64,000 nucleotides of DNA from a bacterium (GTDB taxonomy: Bacteria; SAR324; JACQKK01), in contig OZ251219.1 in the NCBI GenBank assembly GCA_965240465.1, positions 448,001-512,000 of the forward strand. Reading direction: 5' to 3'. The notes beneath the pieces are model-generated. The model did no database searches. It was not told the origin of the DNA and saw only the letters and a program-made list of their open reading frames with translations. A program made the position numbers and the translations under genes. Below are positions 51,782 to 60,790 of the stretch, piece by piece. The number at the start of each line of letters is the position of its first letter. Position 1 is the first letter of the stretch.

Positions 51782-52753
51782 GTGAGTATTGGTCGTAGGG
51801 AGTTATTGCGTTTATTGGGGGCGGGGGTTTCTGGAGCGGCTCTGTGGGGTGTGAATGCGAGGTTGGTAGAGGCGGTGATTGGTGGTGTTCGGCAGCCGAA
51901 GTTGGTGTGGTTGAGGGGTTTGGGTACGGATATATCGTTATTGAGTCAGTTGGGGATGCAGCATCCTAATTTTTTGGATTTGGTACGTTTGGAATGGGTT
52001 TTGGATGGAGGTGATGTTTTTTCGGGGGTTTCGGGGTCTTGGAGTTTTGATCGTCTTGGTGAGAGATTAATTTTGGTATTGGAGGGGGTTCCGAGTGAGT
52101 TGGATTTCAGGAGTGAGTTATGGAGCAATTTACTGTCGCGAGGTCAAGCGGCGATATTGTTAGGGACGGATGTTTGCTATGGTGGGGTTGGGGAGTCTTT
52201 AGGTAGTTTGCGTCTTTTGGAGAAGCAATTGGGGGATGCGGGGGTAGCGGTAGTGAAGTTACCTGGGGTACCTCCTCCGCCGCAGCATTTAACGGGTATT
52301 TTGGCATATATGCAGGAGGTTGGTTTTCCTCGTTTGGATGGTCATCAGCGTCCTTTGCTGTATTATGGTCGGACGGTGTGTGAGGATTGCGAACGCCAGG
52401 GGGATTTACAGCGGGGGCGATTTGCGAGTTATGGGGGAGATGAAGGTTGTTTATTGCGTTTGGGTTGTAAGGGTTTGGTTACTCATAATAGTTGTGCTCG
52501 TCAGCGTTGGAATGGTGGGGAGCAGTGGTGTGTGGGGGTTGGAGGAGCTTGTACGGGTTGTTCTGAGCCGAGTTTTCCTAATCATGGAGGTTTGGGTTTA
52601 AGCGGTGCGATTACTGCGGGTTTGGGAGGATCTCGGTGGTGGCGTAGTTTGGGTTGGAGTGGTTGGGGGTTGACGGGTTTGGCAGGTTTGGCTTGGGGGT
52701 TAGAGGGATTGCGGGGCTGGTTATTTTCCACCAAGGAAAAGGGATTGGATTAA
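51782..52753 (+). CDS. [NiFe]-hydrogenase small-subunit homolog (Tat-exported, C-terminal TM anchor) lacking proximal-cluster ligands
   Basis: GRRELL Tat-like motif; CEDC..GCLLRLGCKG..NSC..RWNGG..WC..GGACTGCSEPSFP; N-terminal CxxC absent; PGCPP replaced by PGVPP. Confidence 0.88.
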   Translation: MSIGRRELLRLLGAGVSGAALWGVNARLVEAVIGGVRQPKLVWLRGLGTDISLLSQLGMQHPNFLDLVRLEWVLDGGDVFSGVSGSWSFDRLGERLILVLEGVPSELDFRSELWSNLLSRGQAAILLGTDVCYGGVGESLGSLRLLEKQLGDAGVAVVKLPGVPPPPQHLTGILAYMQEVGFPRLDGHQRPLLYYGRTVCEDCERQGDLQRGRFASYGGDEGCLLRLGCKGLVTHNSCARQRWNGGEQWCVGVGGACTGCSEPSFPNHGGLGLSGAITAGLGGSRWWRSLGWSGWGLTGLAGLAWGLEGLRGWLFSTKEKGLD

Positions 52754-52763
52754 GGTTGGGCTG

Positions 52764-54224
52764 ATGGGATTTTCGGTAAAAAGTTGGTCTGAGAGAGTAC
52801 GAGTAGAGGGGGGGCTGAGCCTTCTTGAAGATGAGCGAGGGCTAATACGCTTAGGGGGGGGACGCTGGCGGAAGATAGAGCACCTATTACGCGGTCGTCC
52901 CCCATTGGAGGCCGTGCAGCTAACTCAGCAAATCAGCGGTGATAGCGGAGTATCCCATGCTTTGGCAGCCCTGCGTGCCTGCGAACAGGCAATGGAGATC
53001 AAGCCCTTAGAGCAAGGCTTGCTACTACGCGAGCTACTTTATGGATTGTCTCAGTTACATGGTCATGTGCGTCATTTTTACTTTCAGGTGTTGCCAGATT
53101 ACTTGCCTGCCCGAGCCCTAAAAAGCTACCGCGGCAAAAACATCGCCCTGCTTAAGGCAGCTAAACTATATACTTCGGCTGCGGGGCAAGATAAAAAATT
53201 CACCTCTGGTTTTAGCTACCTAGAACATCAAAAATTATTAGAGCATCAGTACGATTCTCTCAACGGACTTGCCAATCTGCAACGCATGCTAGCCGTGCTA
53301 GGAGGCAAATTCCCCATGGTGATGTCCCTAGCCCCAGGCGGTCTTACTACTAAAATTGATGACCATAGCTTGTTAAGAATCAAGCGGCTGTTCAACAACC
53401 TCCCCCCGCTGGTGGAAACTCAACTGACCCCAGATATTGCCCTCTTGCTAAATAAACATCCCCTCTTAAAAATCCAAGGACAAAGCCCAATCGCATTTCT
53501 TAGCCTCGGATCCGAAAACGCCACCGTAGAACTCAATGCCGATCCATTTGCAGCCGGGATCCTCACTAATTCCAAGCTCCAACCCCTACCACTAAACTTT
53601 ATAGAAGATATCTCCCACAGCTTCTATCGCCTCTCCCGACCAAAACATATCCTGAAACCCGATCCCCAAAAAACTACCGCCTATAGCTGGATCAAAGCAC
53701 CCCGAAATCAAAATCAACCCCTCCAAGTAGGACCCCTTGCCAGACTAGCCGTCTCTAATCTCACCAGCCACAACCTCCCGAGAGGTACTCTGCTTAACGA
53801 ATTTCAAACCCTCTTTCAAAAACCACCTCACCAAATCAATAATGTCGCCGCTAGGCTGCTCGCTTGCTCCATTGAATCCCGTATACTCCTTCAGCATATC
53901 CAAAATCTGATACTCCAAATTAAACCCAACCAAAAAACCTCCGTCTCCTATCTCCCCTCGCTTAAACATCAACAAGCCTGGGGACATGCCGAAGCCCCCG
54001 CAGGTAGCATCAGCCACCACCTAGTACTTAAAAATGGACGCATCCATCACTACAACATCATCGCCCCAAGCACTTGGAACGGCTCCCCCCTTGACGATAA
54101 AAAACTCGCTGGACCCCTAGAATCAGCCCTCAATCACCGCAATACCAGACCTGACCTCACTCCCCTCACCGCCAACCGCATTATCAATAGCTTCGGCTTC
54201 AGCTCCAGCGATGCCATCCACTAA
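52764..54224 (+). CDS. [NiFe]-hydrogenase large-subunit homolog lacking all four Ni-Fe cysteines
   Basis: RVEGG, IEHLLRGRPP, HVRHFYF, LGGKFP..PGG, YSWIKAPR, VGPLARL, EAPAGSISHH, YNIIAPSTWN; L1 reads QQISGDS and L2 reads SFGFSSSDAIH*. Confidence 0.88.
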   Translation: MGFSVKSWSERVRVEGGLSLLEDERGLIRLGGGRWRKIEHLLRGRPPLEAVQLTQQISGDSGVSHALAALRACEQAMEIKPLEQGLLLRELLYGLSQLHGHVRHFYFQVLPDYLPARALKSYRGKNIALLKAAKLYTSAAGQDKKFTSGFSYLEHQKLLEHQYDSLNGLANLQRMLAVLGGKFPMVMSLAPGGLTTKIDDHSLLRIKRLFNNLPPLVETQLTPDIALLLNKHPLLKIQGQSPIAFLSLGSENATVELNADPFAAGILTNSKLQPLPLNFIEDISHSFYRLSRPKHILKPDPQKTTAYSWIKAPRNQNQPLQVGPLARLAVSNLTSHNLPRGTLLNEFQTLFQKPPHQINNVAARLLACSIESRILLQHIQNLILQIKPNQKTSVSYLPSLKHQQAWGHAEAPAGSISHHLVLKNGRIHHYNIIAPSTWNGSPLDDKKLAGPLESALNHRNTRPDLTPLTANRIINSFGFSSSDAIH

Positions 54225-54248
54225 CACCACTGCTACCCAAACCCGCTG

Positions 54249-54731
54249 ATGAACCTCATCAACCGACAACTGCTCCTCCAAATAGCTCCCCTGCGTTGGA
54301 TACTAGGACGCAAAAATACCCTCGCCCGACCATATCCCCTATACCTAGCCCTAACTGCCACCATATTCTCAGCCGAAATCATCCGTCTGGCTCGCCATAC
54401 CCTAAACTACCATACGTACCAACTCACCCTCGCCTTCCACATCCTCAGCGGTTCTCTGTTGACCATCTTCTTCATCAAGCGTATGATCCAAACGGCATAT
54501 TCCATGTCTCACCAACTCCAAAAACCAAAACCCCTCCCCCTGACCTTTAACTTAGTACTCACTCTCCTGATCCTCACTGGACTCCTGCGTACCTTCCAAC
54601 TACGAACCAACCTCAGCTTACCCAGCTGGGTCGCTCCGCTCCACGGAGCTCTAGCACCTTATATCTGGCTTCTGGTGCTTCTATTATTCAAGCAATTTTG
54701 GAGCAAATCTAAGAAATCCCATCTAAAGTGA
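54249..54731 (+). CDS. Four-TM membrane protein, probable reduced cytochrome b (HyaC/FdnI-like) subunit
   Basis: Four hydrophobic helices; AFHILSG in TM2, LILTG in TM3, PLHGAL in TM4; third gene of the operon. Confidence 0.6.
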   Translation: MNLINRQLLLQIAPLRWILGRKNTLARPYPLYLALTATIFSAEIIRLARHTLNYHTYQLTLAFHILSGSLLTIFFIKRMIQTAYSMSHQLQKPKPLPLTFNLVLTLLILTGLLRTFQLRTNLSLPSWVAPLHGALAPYIWLLVLLLFKQFWSKSKKSHLK

Positions 54732-54822
54732 ATTACCGTTTCCTTTAGAAGATAAGCTTGTTAGAGAGAGGTTTTTACTACATAGGGTAAGAGAAGGTTG
54801 TAAGCAAAGGGCATCCCTACTA

Positions 54823-54976
54823 TTCAGTACAAAGCACTTACAACTTCACGTGAATGAGTTTGCTTTTAGGCTTAATGATGGCAATGTGAAAAGACACACA
54901 ATGGAGCTGGATCAACAGCTTACTTGACGATGTTCCAGGTAGACAGTTAACCTATGAACAACTTGTGCGAGGGTAG
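54823..54976 (+). mobile_element. IS1595-family transposase 3' remnant (frameshifted)
   Basis: Manual translation FSTKHLQLHVNEFAFRLNDGNVKRHTME, +1 shift, WINSLLDDVPGRQLTYEQLVRG*; matches the IS1595 C-terminal pattern KHL.RY..EF.FR.N...RLTY..L. Confidence 0.8.
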
Positions 54977-55023
54977 TTCTTGCATTAAATATTAAATTAA
55001 CATAAGAAACAGGAATTTAATTA

Positions 55024-56826
55024 ATGGCTAATGAACGCAAGACTGAAAATATAGTTAGAAAACATTTCTATCAATTTTCAGATTCCATATCAATAGAAGA
55101 ACAAAGTTCTGATAACCCTAAAATTGATAAATTGCTTAGAAATGCGTCTAAAAAGGGGTTGGGTAAAGGTTATCCTGAATTTATTATTACTCATAATACT
55201 AATTCTGATTTACTAATTGTTATTGAATGTAAGGCAAATATTTTAAAGCATGAAAGTAATGATAAAGATAAATATTCTGAGTTTGCAGTTGATGGAGTTT
55301 TACTTTACGCTTCTTATTTGTCAAAAAGCTATGATGTGTTAGCTGTTGCAGTAAGTGGAGAAGAAGAATCATCATTAAGGATTTCTCATTTCCTACATCT
55401 AAAAAATGATAAAAAATCCACTAAAATTTTTGGAGGCAAACTGCTATCTGTTGATAATTATTTAAATGGATATTTGGAAAAACCAGAAAAAATAAATCAA
55501 GATTATAATACGCTTTTATACTTTACAAAAAAATTAAACAAAAAGTTACATGGTTATAAAATTCCTGAAGACAAAAGAAGCTTATTAATTAGTTCAATTT
55601 TAATCGCACTAGAAGCCAATAGTTTTAAAGAATCTTATTCTTCAGATAAGAGACCTAAAGATTTAGCTGGTAGACTTGTTCAAACTGCTACTAATGAATT
55701 AGAAAATGCTAATATCACAGGGAGGAAACTTCAATACATAAATACTGCATTTGGTTTTATAAAAGAAGATACTTCTTTATCTGAAACAGAAAATGTCTTA
55801 AAAGAAATTATTTATGACATTGATGAAAATATAAATAATTTTACCAAAAATAACAAATATACTGATGTTTTAGGACAATTCTATATTGAATTTTTAAGAT
55901 ACTCAAACAGTGATAAGGGTCTCGGGATCGTTTTAACCCCTCCACATATTACAGAATTTTTTGCAGATTTAGCACAAGTCGATAAAGATTCAATTGCTTA
56001 TGATAACTGTACAGGAACAGGCGGATTTTTAATTAGTGCTATGAAAAAAATGATTGAAGATGCAAAAGATGATGAAGAAAAAATCAAAGAAATAAAATTA
56101 AAACAACTTATTGGAACAGAATATCAACCACATATTTTTGCTTTGGCAGTTTCAAATATGTGTATCCACCAAGACGGAAAAACAAATATTACAAAGGGTA
56201 GTTGTTTTGATAAAAAAGTTATTGATGCAATAAAAAGTGAAAAGCCCACAGTCGGATTTTTAAATCCTCCTTATAAATCAAATAAAAAAGACGATACAGA
56301 CGAATTAAAATTTATTTTAAATAATTTAGATTGTTTAGTTCATGATGGAACCTGTGTTGCTATTGTGCCAATGCAAAGTGCCTTAGCGACCAGCGGTAAA
56401 GTTTTAGGATTTAAAAAGATGCTTCTTGAAAAACACACATTAGAAGCGGTTTTATCGATGCCTAATGAATTGTTTCATAATTCAAAGGTAAACGTTGTTT
56501 CTTGTGTTATGGTTTTTAGGGCCCATAAACCACATTTAGAAAACAAAAAAACATTTTTTGGTTATTTTAAAGATGATGGATTTGTTAAAACAAAAAATAG
56601 AGGTAGAGTAGATGCTGACAATAAATGGAAAGTAATAAGAGACAGATGGTTATCTGCTTACAGCAATAAAGAAAACATTACAGGTTTTAGCGTTATGCAA
56701 AAAGTAACATCACATGATGAATGGTGTGCTGAGGCTTATATGGAAACTGATTATTCAAATTTAACAGAAAAAGATTTCATTAATACAGTTAAAGAATATA
56801 TTGCTTTTAGGGTAAAGTATGGATAA
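55024..56826 (+). CDS. BcgI-like (type IIB/IIG) restriction-modification alpha subunit: endonuclease plus N6-A MTase
   Basis: GYPEFII...VIECKA nuclease; LGIVLTP, DNCTGTGGFL, FLNPPY; very AT-rich. Confidence 0.88.
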   Translation: MANERKTENIVRKHFYQFSDSISIEEQSSDNPKIDKLLRNASKKGLGKGYPEFIITHNTNSDLLIVIECKANILKHESNDKDKYSEFAVDGVLLYASYLSKSYDVLAVAVSGEEESSLRISHFLHLKNDKKSTKIFGGKLLSVDNYLNGYLEKPEKINQDYNTLLYFTKKLNKKLHGYKIPEDKRSLLISSILIALEANSFKESYSSDKRPKDLAGRLVQTATNELENANITGRKLQYINTAFGFIKEDTSLSETENVLKEIIYDIDENINNFTKNNKYTDVLGQFYIEFLRYSNSDKGLGIVLTPPHITEFFADLAQVDKDSIAYDNCTGTGGFLISAMKKMIEDAKDDEEKIKEIKLKQLIGTEYQPHIFALAVSNMCIHQDGKTNITKGSCFDKKVIDAIKSEKPTVGFLNPPYKSNKKDDTDELKFILNNLDCLVHDGTCVAIVPMQSALATSGKVLGFKKMLLEKHTLEAVLSMPNELFHNSKVNVVSCVMVFRAHKPHLENKKTFFGYFKDDGFVKTKNRGRVDADNKWKVIRDRWLSAYSNKENITGFSVMQKVTSHDEWCAEAYMETDYSNLTEKDFINTVKEYIAFRVKYG

Positions 56827-57799
56827 AAACATACCTATTAGAGAAATTTTTAGTATTCAATATGGTAATCAATTAGATTTAAACAAGCAAGTTGAGTGTA
56901 AATCTGGAATTAATTTTGTCAATCGTTCTAATAAAAATTTAGGCATATCTACCAAGATTAAAAAGATTGAGGGTATTGAGCCTTTTGAAAAAGGCTTGAT
57001 TACTGTTGCACTAGGTGGGAGCATATTGTCTGCTTTTGTGCAACCATGTCAGTTTTATACAGGACAAAATGTAAAAATTTTAAAACCAAGAGAACCAATA
57101 GATGAAAGTATTAAAATATTTTACTGTATGTGTATATCTCAAAATGCCTATAGATATAGTGCTTTCGGCAGAGAAGCAAATAAAACATTTGATAATTTAT
57201 TAGTCCCACATTCTGATGAATGTAAAAAAATAATTGCTAATTATTCAACACCTAAACAACCATCAGAAAAACCATGTTTAGAAAATAAAGGTCTTAGTCT
57301 ATGGGATAGAGAATGGAGATATTTTAATTTATGTGAATTATTTAATATAAGTGGGTCAAGGAGTTTTACAAAAAAAGAAATTCAAGAATATGGAATAGGG
57401 AATTACCCTTATGTAGTCACTTCGTCAGAAAATAATGGGACAGAAGGCTTTTATAATAAATGTACTGAAAAAGGGAATGTTCTTACTATAGATAGTGCTA
57501 CTGTAGGTAGTTGTTTTTACCAACCTATAGATTTCTCAGCTTCAGATCATGTAGAAAAATTGATACCTAAATTTAGTATGAATGTATTTATTGCACTATT
57601 TTTGCGAACGACTATAAATCTAGAAAGAATCAGATATGGATATGGGAGGAAATTTGCACAAATGAGGATAAAAAATACAAGGATCAAACTTCCAGTCAAA
57701 GAAAGAAAAAAAGAAGCTTACGACCCCGATTGGCAATTTATGGAAGATTATATAAAAGCATTACCTTACAGTAGCAATCTGCAAATTGATGAGTTTTGA
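56819..57799 (+). CDS. HsdS-like specificity (beta) subunit with two TRDs
   Basis: Two repeated halves (FYTGQNV..YSAFGREAN / FSASDHV..YGYGRK), IKLPV...PDWQFMEDYIK; overlaps the alpha-subunit stop. Confidence 0.85.
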   Translation: MDKNIPIREIFSIQYGNQLDLNKQVECKSGINFVNRSNKNLGISTKIKKIEGIEPFEKGLITVALGGSILSAFVQPCQFYTGQNVKILKPREPIDESIKIFYCMCISQNAYRYSAFGREANKTFDNLLVPHSDECKKIIANYSTPKQPSEKPCLENKGLSLWDREWRYFNLCELFNISGSRSFTKKEIQEYGIGNYPYVVTSSENNGTEGFYNKCTEKGNVLTIDSATVGSCFYQPIDFSASDHVEKLIPKFSMNVFIALFLRTTINLERIRYGYGRKFAQMRIKNTRIKLPVKERKKEAYDPDWQFMEDYIKALPYSSNLQIDEF

Positions 57800-57903
57800 G
57801 GCGTTAGTTCAAGAAAATATTTTTGGAATAAGCGACTGATATCTATGATATTTGTCTTTGTTTTGTATATTTATTTTGGTGTCAAGTATATAGTTCCCTT
57901 TTT

Positions 57904-58788
57904 TTATTGTTGCCAGATTCGTTTCCAGAAGGCGGAGATGGCTGGGCGGTGTTGTGTGGCTTGTTTGGGGTATTGCTGGTGGATATTATGGGCGATTTGT
58001 TGAATATGCAGGCTAGCGGCTGAATGAGGGAATAGTTTAAGTAGGGGTTGTCTATTACGTACTGCGGTAGGGATGGCGGTATCTTGGGGGATATGCCCTA
58101 GCAGGGGGAGAGGTATGTTGAGGAATTGGAAGCAGGCTTGTTGCATTTTTTGGTGTACGTGTTTAGTTTCTTGAGGAGAGCGGGATTGGTTGATGATGAG
58201 TGAGAATTGGGTTTTGTGATGTTGGAGTCGGAGGAGTTTAATAAGGGCATAGGCATCTGTAAAAGAAGTTGGTTCTGGTGTAGTCACCACGATGATTTGG
58301 TCGGCGGCGGCGTTGAATTGGAGTACCTGAGGAGAGATACCGGCGGCGGTATCTAGTATCCAGTCATCGGTGTTCCAGGGTATTTGGGCGAGGTTTTGGA
58401 GCAAGCGAGTTTGTCCTTCAGTTTCTAGTTGTACGAGTTGATTAATTCCTGAGGCTGAGGGCAGGATTTTAATACCACTGGGTCCATTGAGGGCAATATC
58501 TGCGAGGGACAATTTACCATTGAAGGTATCTTCTAGGGTATATTTTGGTTGTATTCCGAGCAGGATGGGTATATTGGCGAGTCCGATATCAAGATCTATC
58601 AGGGTGATTTGTCTTTTAAGTTTAGCTAGTGCGATTGCTAGATTAAGGGCGAGGTTGCTTTTACCGACTCCTCCTTTGCCGCTGGCGATGGAAATAACTC
58701 TTCCTTTTATGGCTGGGCTGGGTGCTAGCGATGCGTGAATACGCCTAAGACTGGTGGCTTGGTCTGCAGACATCAGGGATTGGTGCAT
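57904..58788 (-). CDS. flhG: Flagellar number regulator FlhG/FleN (MinD family)
   Basis: DQATSLR N-terminus, SGKGGVGKS, DLDIGLAN, DTAAGIS, TPEPTSFTDAYALIK; downstream of flhF. Confidence 0.92.
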   Translation of the reverse strand: MHQSLMSADQATSLRRIHASLAPSPAIKGRVISIASGKGGVGKSNLALNLAIALAKLKRQITLIDLDIGLANIPILLGIQPKYTLEDTFNGKLSLADIALNGPSGIKILPSASGINQLVQLETEGQTRLLQNLAQIPWNTDDWILDTAAGISPQVLQFNAAADQIIVVTTPEPTSFTDAYALIKLLRLQHHKTQFSLIINQSRSPQETKHVHQKMQQACFQFLNIPLPLLGHIPQDTAIPTAVRNRQPLLKLFPHSAASLHIQQIAHNIHQQYPKQATQHRPAISAFWKRIWQQ

Positions 58789-58873
58789 TTGATCAGAGGT
58801 GACGACAAGTTTTATGGATGATATTTATGCTTAGCATCCTCTAGTCCGCGTGGGGGTATTTTAGCGGTGTTTT

Positions 58874-59124
58874 TTGGCAGTGTCCTCTTGGCAGCGTTCT
58901 TTTGATGGTGTTCTCTCGGCAGTGTTCCCTCGGCAGTGTCCTCTTGGCAGTGTTTTTTTGATGGTGTTCTCTCAGCAGTGTTCTTTTGGCAGTGTTCTTT
59001 TGGCAGTGTTCTTTTGGCAGTGTCCTCTTGACAGCGTTATCTCGGCAGCGTTCTCTCAGCAGTGTCCTCTCGGCAGCGTTCTCTTGACAGCGTTCGCAGT
59101 GTCCTCTTGGCAGCGTTTTCTCGG
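58874..59124. repeat. 14-bp minisatellite (tggcagtgttcttt-like, about 18 copies) between flhF and flhG
   Basis: Direct reading. Confidence 0.93.
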
Positions 59125-59166
59125 ATAGGGCGTGGTCGGAAACTCAGAGTAGTAGCTTTATCAATT

Positions 59167-60660
59167 TCAAGCTTCGCTGGAGATTTGAAGTAGTAAGTCA
59201 ATCAATCTTTCTGGGGTAGCTATTTCCATATCTTCGGGTACTCGCTGACCGGTGGTCAGGTAGTTAATGGGCAGTTTGAAACGAATAAAGTGATTAAACA
59301 GTGAGCCGCAATGCATACATTCATCCAATTTGGTGAACAAGACCGATTTTAGAGGCAGGCAACCAAATTTGCGGGTAGTATCAATGAGTTCGGCATCTTT
59401 GGTGGTAGCACTGAGTACCAGACAGATGTCCAGCTGGGGATTATTTTGGAACATTCCCTTTAGTTCTTTCATCTGGGGGAGATCACTTTGCGAGCGACCT
59501 GCGGTATCAACCAGTACCACATCGTAGCTTTGGAACTCTTCCAGAGCTCGGTGTAAATCAGTGCGATCTCTCACCACCGATAATGGCAGATTCATTATCT
59601 TGGCATAGGCTTTTAACTGCTCTAAGGCTCCTATCCTGAAGGTGTCCACCGTTATCAAAGCCGTCTTACGCTTATAGCGTAGCACTTGCTCGCTCGCTAG
59701 CTTAGCCACCGTGGTCGTTTTTCCCACCCCCGTACAACCCACCAACACCAACACCTTCTCACCCGATAAACCACCAGTGGTCTTCACTAAACTAGTTAAC
59801 ATCCGTGCCAAAAAAATCTTTACATAAGTGAAATCTTCTCGCTTTTCAGGCGGTAATCGTTTGGCAGCCTGCTCTACCAAACGCTTAGCAAATTTCTCCT
59901 CCAAACCATGAACCACCAAATGCTGCTGCAAACCCATTAAGGTCTCTGGTAAATCCAAACCCACCTTCAAACCCCCTCCCTGCAACGCTTGCACTGCCTG
60001 CCGCATATCTGTTAACTCATGGTGCAACTGACGCATTGCATGACCTCCCAGTCCCTCCTCCTCCTTCACCACTTTTAGCAACTGCTTCAACTGATGAACT
60101 TCACTACATAAACCTCGCAAAACCGAATCCCGCTCCGCCATGCCTGACCGAACAACTTGATCACTAACTTCTACCACCCTCGCTGACCCCCCTCCATCTC
60201 CCCTTCCTCCAAACGAAGTACCCCCACTTGACCCCTCCTGACCTGCCCCCTCCTGACCTGCCCCCTCCTGACCTGCCCCCTCCTGACCTGCCCCCTCCTG
60301 ACCTGACCCCTCGCCAGACGCTCCCCCACCTGCTCTCCCATTTGCTCCCTCGCCAGATGCTCCCCCACCTGCTCTCCCATTTGCCCCCTCAACCACTCCC
60401 TCCTTTTCCTTCGCCGCACTCCCCTCTGCCAATCCTACTGCCTCCCTCTCCATATCAAAACGACCAACCCCCCTCGACTCACCAACACCCCCTTCTTCAG
60501 GCCTCACCGCAGCTACCTCCCATAACTGACGCCTCAAAAACGGAATCCCCACTCTCCGCAACTGACGAGTAGATAAAATCAGGGCATCCCCACCCAAATC
60601 CTGACGGGTTTTTTGCAGGGCTTCCCGCATGTCAGCCCCTCGATAGTGCTTCACACCCAT
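59167..60660 (-). CDS. flhF: Flagellar SRP-family GTPase FlhF
   Basis: DLGGDALILST, GCTGVGKTTTVAKLA, DTFRIGA, DTAGRS, TKLDE, GQRVPED. Confidence 0.95.
   Translation of the reverse strand: MGVKHYRGADMREALQKTRQDLGGDALILSTRQLRRVGIPFLRRQLWEVAAVRPEEGGVGESRGVGRFDMEREAVGLAEGSAAKEKEGVVEGANGRAGGGASGEGANGRAGGGASGEGSGQEGAGQEGAGQEGAGQEGAGQEGSSGGTSFGGRGDGGGSARVVEVSDQVVRSGMAERDSVLRGLCSEVHQLKQLLKVVKEEEGLGGHAMRQLHHELTDMRQAVQALQGGGLKVGLDLPETLMGLQQHLVVHGLEEKFAKRLVEQAAKRLPPEKREDFTYVKIFLARMLTSLVKTTGGLSGEKVLVLVGCTGVGKTTTVAKLASEQVLRYKRKTALITVDTFRIGALEQLKAYAKIMNLPLSVVRDRTDLHRALEEFQSYDVVLVDTAGRSQSDLPQMKELKGMFQNNPQLDICLVLSATTKDAELIDTTRKFGCLPLKSVLFTKLDECMHCGSLFNHFIRFKLPINYLTTGQRVPEDMEIATPERLIDLLLQISSEA
60232..60390. 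repeat. 15-bp repeat (QEGAG, 5 copies) and 39-bp duplication (EGANGRAGGGASG, 2 copies) in the FlhF linker
   Basis: Direct reading. Confidence 0.92.
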
Positions 60661-60790
60661 ATCTCATACCTTCCTTAGCATTGACACATCCACACACCTA
60701 GTAATGACTACCAATGCCTCCTTGACATTGTCTGGATACCAGATCGTCATCGTATAACATAAGTGCCTGCTATCACAAATTAATCCTTCC

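Noticed and set aside
52764-54224. [NiFeSe] hydrogenase with selenocysteine, prompted by mnmH in the window
   Set aside because: No in-frame TGA; the ligand positions are AGC/GAT codons and the ORF ends in TAA
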